Shown here: positions 33,887-35,388 of the stretch, one piece after another
Layout: each line of letters begins with the position of its first letter
Position numbering within the stretch: the first letter of the stretch is position 1
Origin: Thermoplasmatota archaeon
GTDB lineage: Archaea > Thermoplasmatota > E2 > JACPAO01 > JAHFTW01
Assembly (NCBI GenBank): GCA_041623215.1
Contig: JBFJXH010000005.1
Location: 1-35,388 of the forward strand
DNA length: 35,388 bases
Reading direction: 5' to 3'
Notes under the pieces: generated by a model
The model's database searches: none
What the model was told of the DNA's origin: nothing
The model's input: only the letters and a program-made list of their open reading frames with translations
Position numbers and translations under genes: made by a program

Positions 33887-35388
33887 TTACGAGGATGATT
33901 CGTACGGGATTGCCCTGAGGGCCCGTTCGATGTGGTGATAGCACGTCGCGAAGGTGGCTTCGTCGCCAAGCCACGGGTCGGCGACGACGCAGTCGGCCGG
34001 CTCTAGACCGGCACCAAGCAACTCAACGACGTGCCGGTCACCAAGGATTTCGTTGGCGGCGGCGACATTCTCAGGGTCAAACACCAAGACTCGGTCCCCT
34101 GGAGCCGGGTCTTGGCGCGTCAGGACGCTTGAGCGATGCTGCGCTAGGTCAAGGCCCCAGCCGACCTGGGCGGCAGCAACTCCTTCGCGGGGCACGGGTC
34201 GCCCGGCCACGGGGTAGGTGCCCGCGCTGCGGACGGTTACGTCGGGCCAGAGCCTTGCCGCCAGCGCAGCGGCAAAGGGGCTGCGACAAATGTTGCCCTT
34301 GCAAACCATCCAAACGGTGTCGCCGGCCCGGATGGGAGGCAAAGGCTGCCGGGCGGGAGGGTGGTTATTTCGCCCCAATCGTTGGGCAACTAGCCGCCCC
34401 GCGCCGCGTGCAATGGCTCTCGCTTCTCGCAGGGCCGGTTTTGGGTCGCGCCAGTCCCATTCATCGAAATGCTCGCGAGGGAACAGGGCCAAGATGTTGT
34501 CGCCAACGACCTGCCGCCTTGACCGTTGCAAAATGCCCGGGCCGGGGGACGCCGCGCGATTCGCGCTGTGCCAGGCAAGATCTAGCCGGACATTGCGTGC
34601 TCGTACGCCCAACTTGTACCCCTGCGGGAACGCGGTCCTACCGTCCACGACTAGGTCATGCTGCCAAGCCGGGAAGTCCATGCCGGCGGCCACCGCGAGT
34701 GGCAGGCTGCCCCAGGGTCGCCCGTTGATTTCCATGAACCAATGTTCGCCCGTCTCGTGGTTGACTCGGAACTCTACCATGGCAAGGCCGGTCCAAGATA
34801 GGGCCCCTGCAAGTTGGCGTGCGCAATCCAGAAGCTCCGGCGACAAGGCCACAGACGTGCGCAGGCTGCTGCCTCCGCCATGCGGCGGTTCGTGGACGCG
34901 CTCATGCTGGAACGCCGTCAGTACCTCGCCGTCGTTGGCCAATAGTTCAACGCCCACACCCGAGCCCCCCACCACACGTTGCACGATGGCTGGGCCCCAG
35001 TGGAGGAGTCCGGCGGCCTGTCGTCGCGCCAGGCCTGCGTCGGGCGCCCGATAAACGGGTAAGCGGTGGTGCAGACCTACTACAGCCGACGCGGCTGGCT
35101 TCACGATGAGTGGGCCGGGCCATTCCGGGAACTCCGCCAGGTCGGTGATGATGCGAGATTCGGGCAGCCGCAGTCCTAGCTTCGTGGCAAGTTCATGGGT
35201 AGCTACCTTGCTAAAGGCAACCTCAAAGGCCGTCGCTGTGGGCAGGGTCGTGGGTCCCGTAATCTGCTGGCGCGCGCCGTGGAGCGCGAGTGCTTCTTGG
35301 TCGTGGCACGGCATGACGAGGTCAAACTTCTCGTCGGCGAGCAAGGCAAGCCATGCGTCAGGCGTTAATGCTTCGTGCCGGACTGCGA
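33887..35388 (-). CDS. ATP-grasp ligase fused to LMW-PTP/ArsC-like domain (5' end beyond the window)
   Basis: PLIVKP, IVQR, MVEFR and FMEINGRPWGS ATP-grasp motifs; C-terminal CKGNICRS P-loop and VADPW; frame open to the right edge. Confidence 0.85.
   Translation of the reverse strand, partial: AVRHEALTPDAWLALLADEKFDLVMPCHDQEALALHGARQQITGPTTLPTATAFEVAFSKVATHELATKLGLRLPESRIITDLAEFPEWPGPLIVKPAASAVVGLHHRLPVYRAPDAGLARRQAAGLLHWGPAIVQRVVGGSGVGVELLANDGEVLTAFQHERVHEPPHGGGSSLRTSVALSPELLDCARQLAGALSWTGLAMVEFRVNHETGEHWFMEINGRPWGSLPLAVAAGMDFPAWQHDLVVDGRTAFPQGYKLGVRARNVRLDLAWHSANRAASPGPGILQRSRRQVVGDNILALFPREHFDEWDWRDPKPALREARAIARGAGRLVAQRLGRNNHPPARQPLPPIRAGDTVWMVCKGNICRSPFAAALAARLWPDVTVRSAGTYPVAGRPVPREGVAAAQVGWGLDLAQHRSSVLTRQDPAPGDRVLVFDPENVAAANEILGDRHVVELLGAGLEPADCVVADPWLGDEATFATCYHHIERALRAIPYESSS

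Overview
High-GC archaeal chromosomal segment. Archaeal origin is shown by eS6, aIF2-gamma, aIF5B, TiaS, Dph6, PGF-CTERM-type tails and TATA boxes about 21-28 nt before start codons; Thermoplasmatota is a plausible guess only. It holds about 37 CDS and two tRNAs (Thr-CGT, Ser-TGA). I saw no integrase, transposase or CRISPR array. Housekeeping translation, tRNA-modification and NAD genes are interleaved with secreted or surface proteins. The main finding is at 8.7-11.9 kb: a DtxR-family regulator with two palindromic candidate operators, followed by a PhnD-like lipoprotein that carries transferrin-lobe motifs (all four Fe ligands plus the carbonate loop) and a PhnC/PhnE-type ABC importer. This looks like an archaeal transferrin-based, metal-regulated iron uptake system. 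Other leads are a structured 5' leader in front of rps6e, a stand-alone nitrilase between two NH3-dependent ligases (NadE, Dph6), and an NDT-like/MazG-like fusion. All assignments come from motif recognition by eye; no searches were run.
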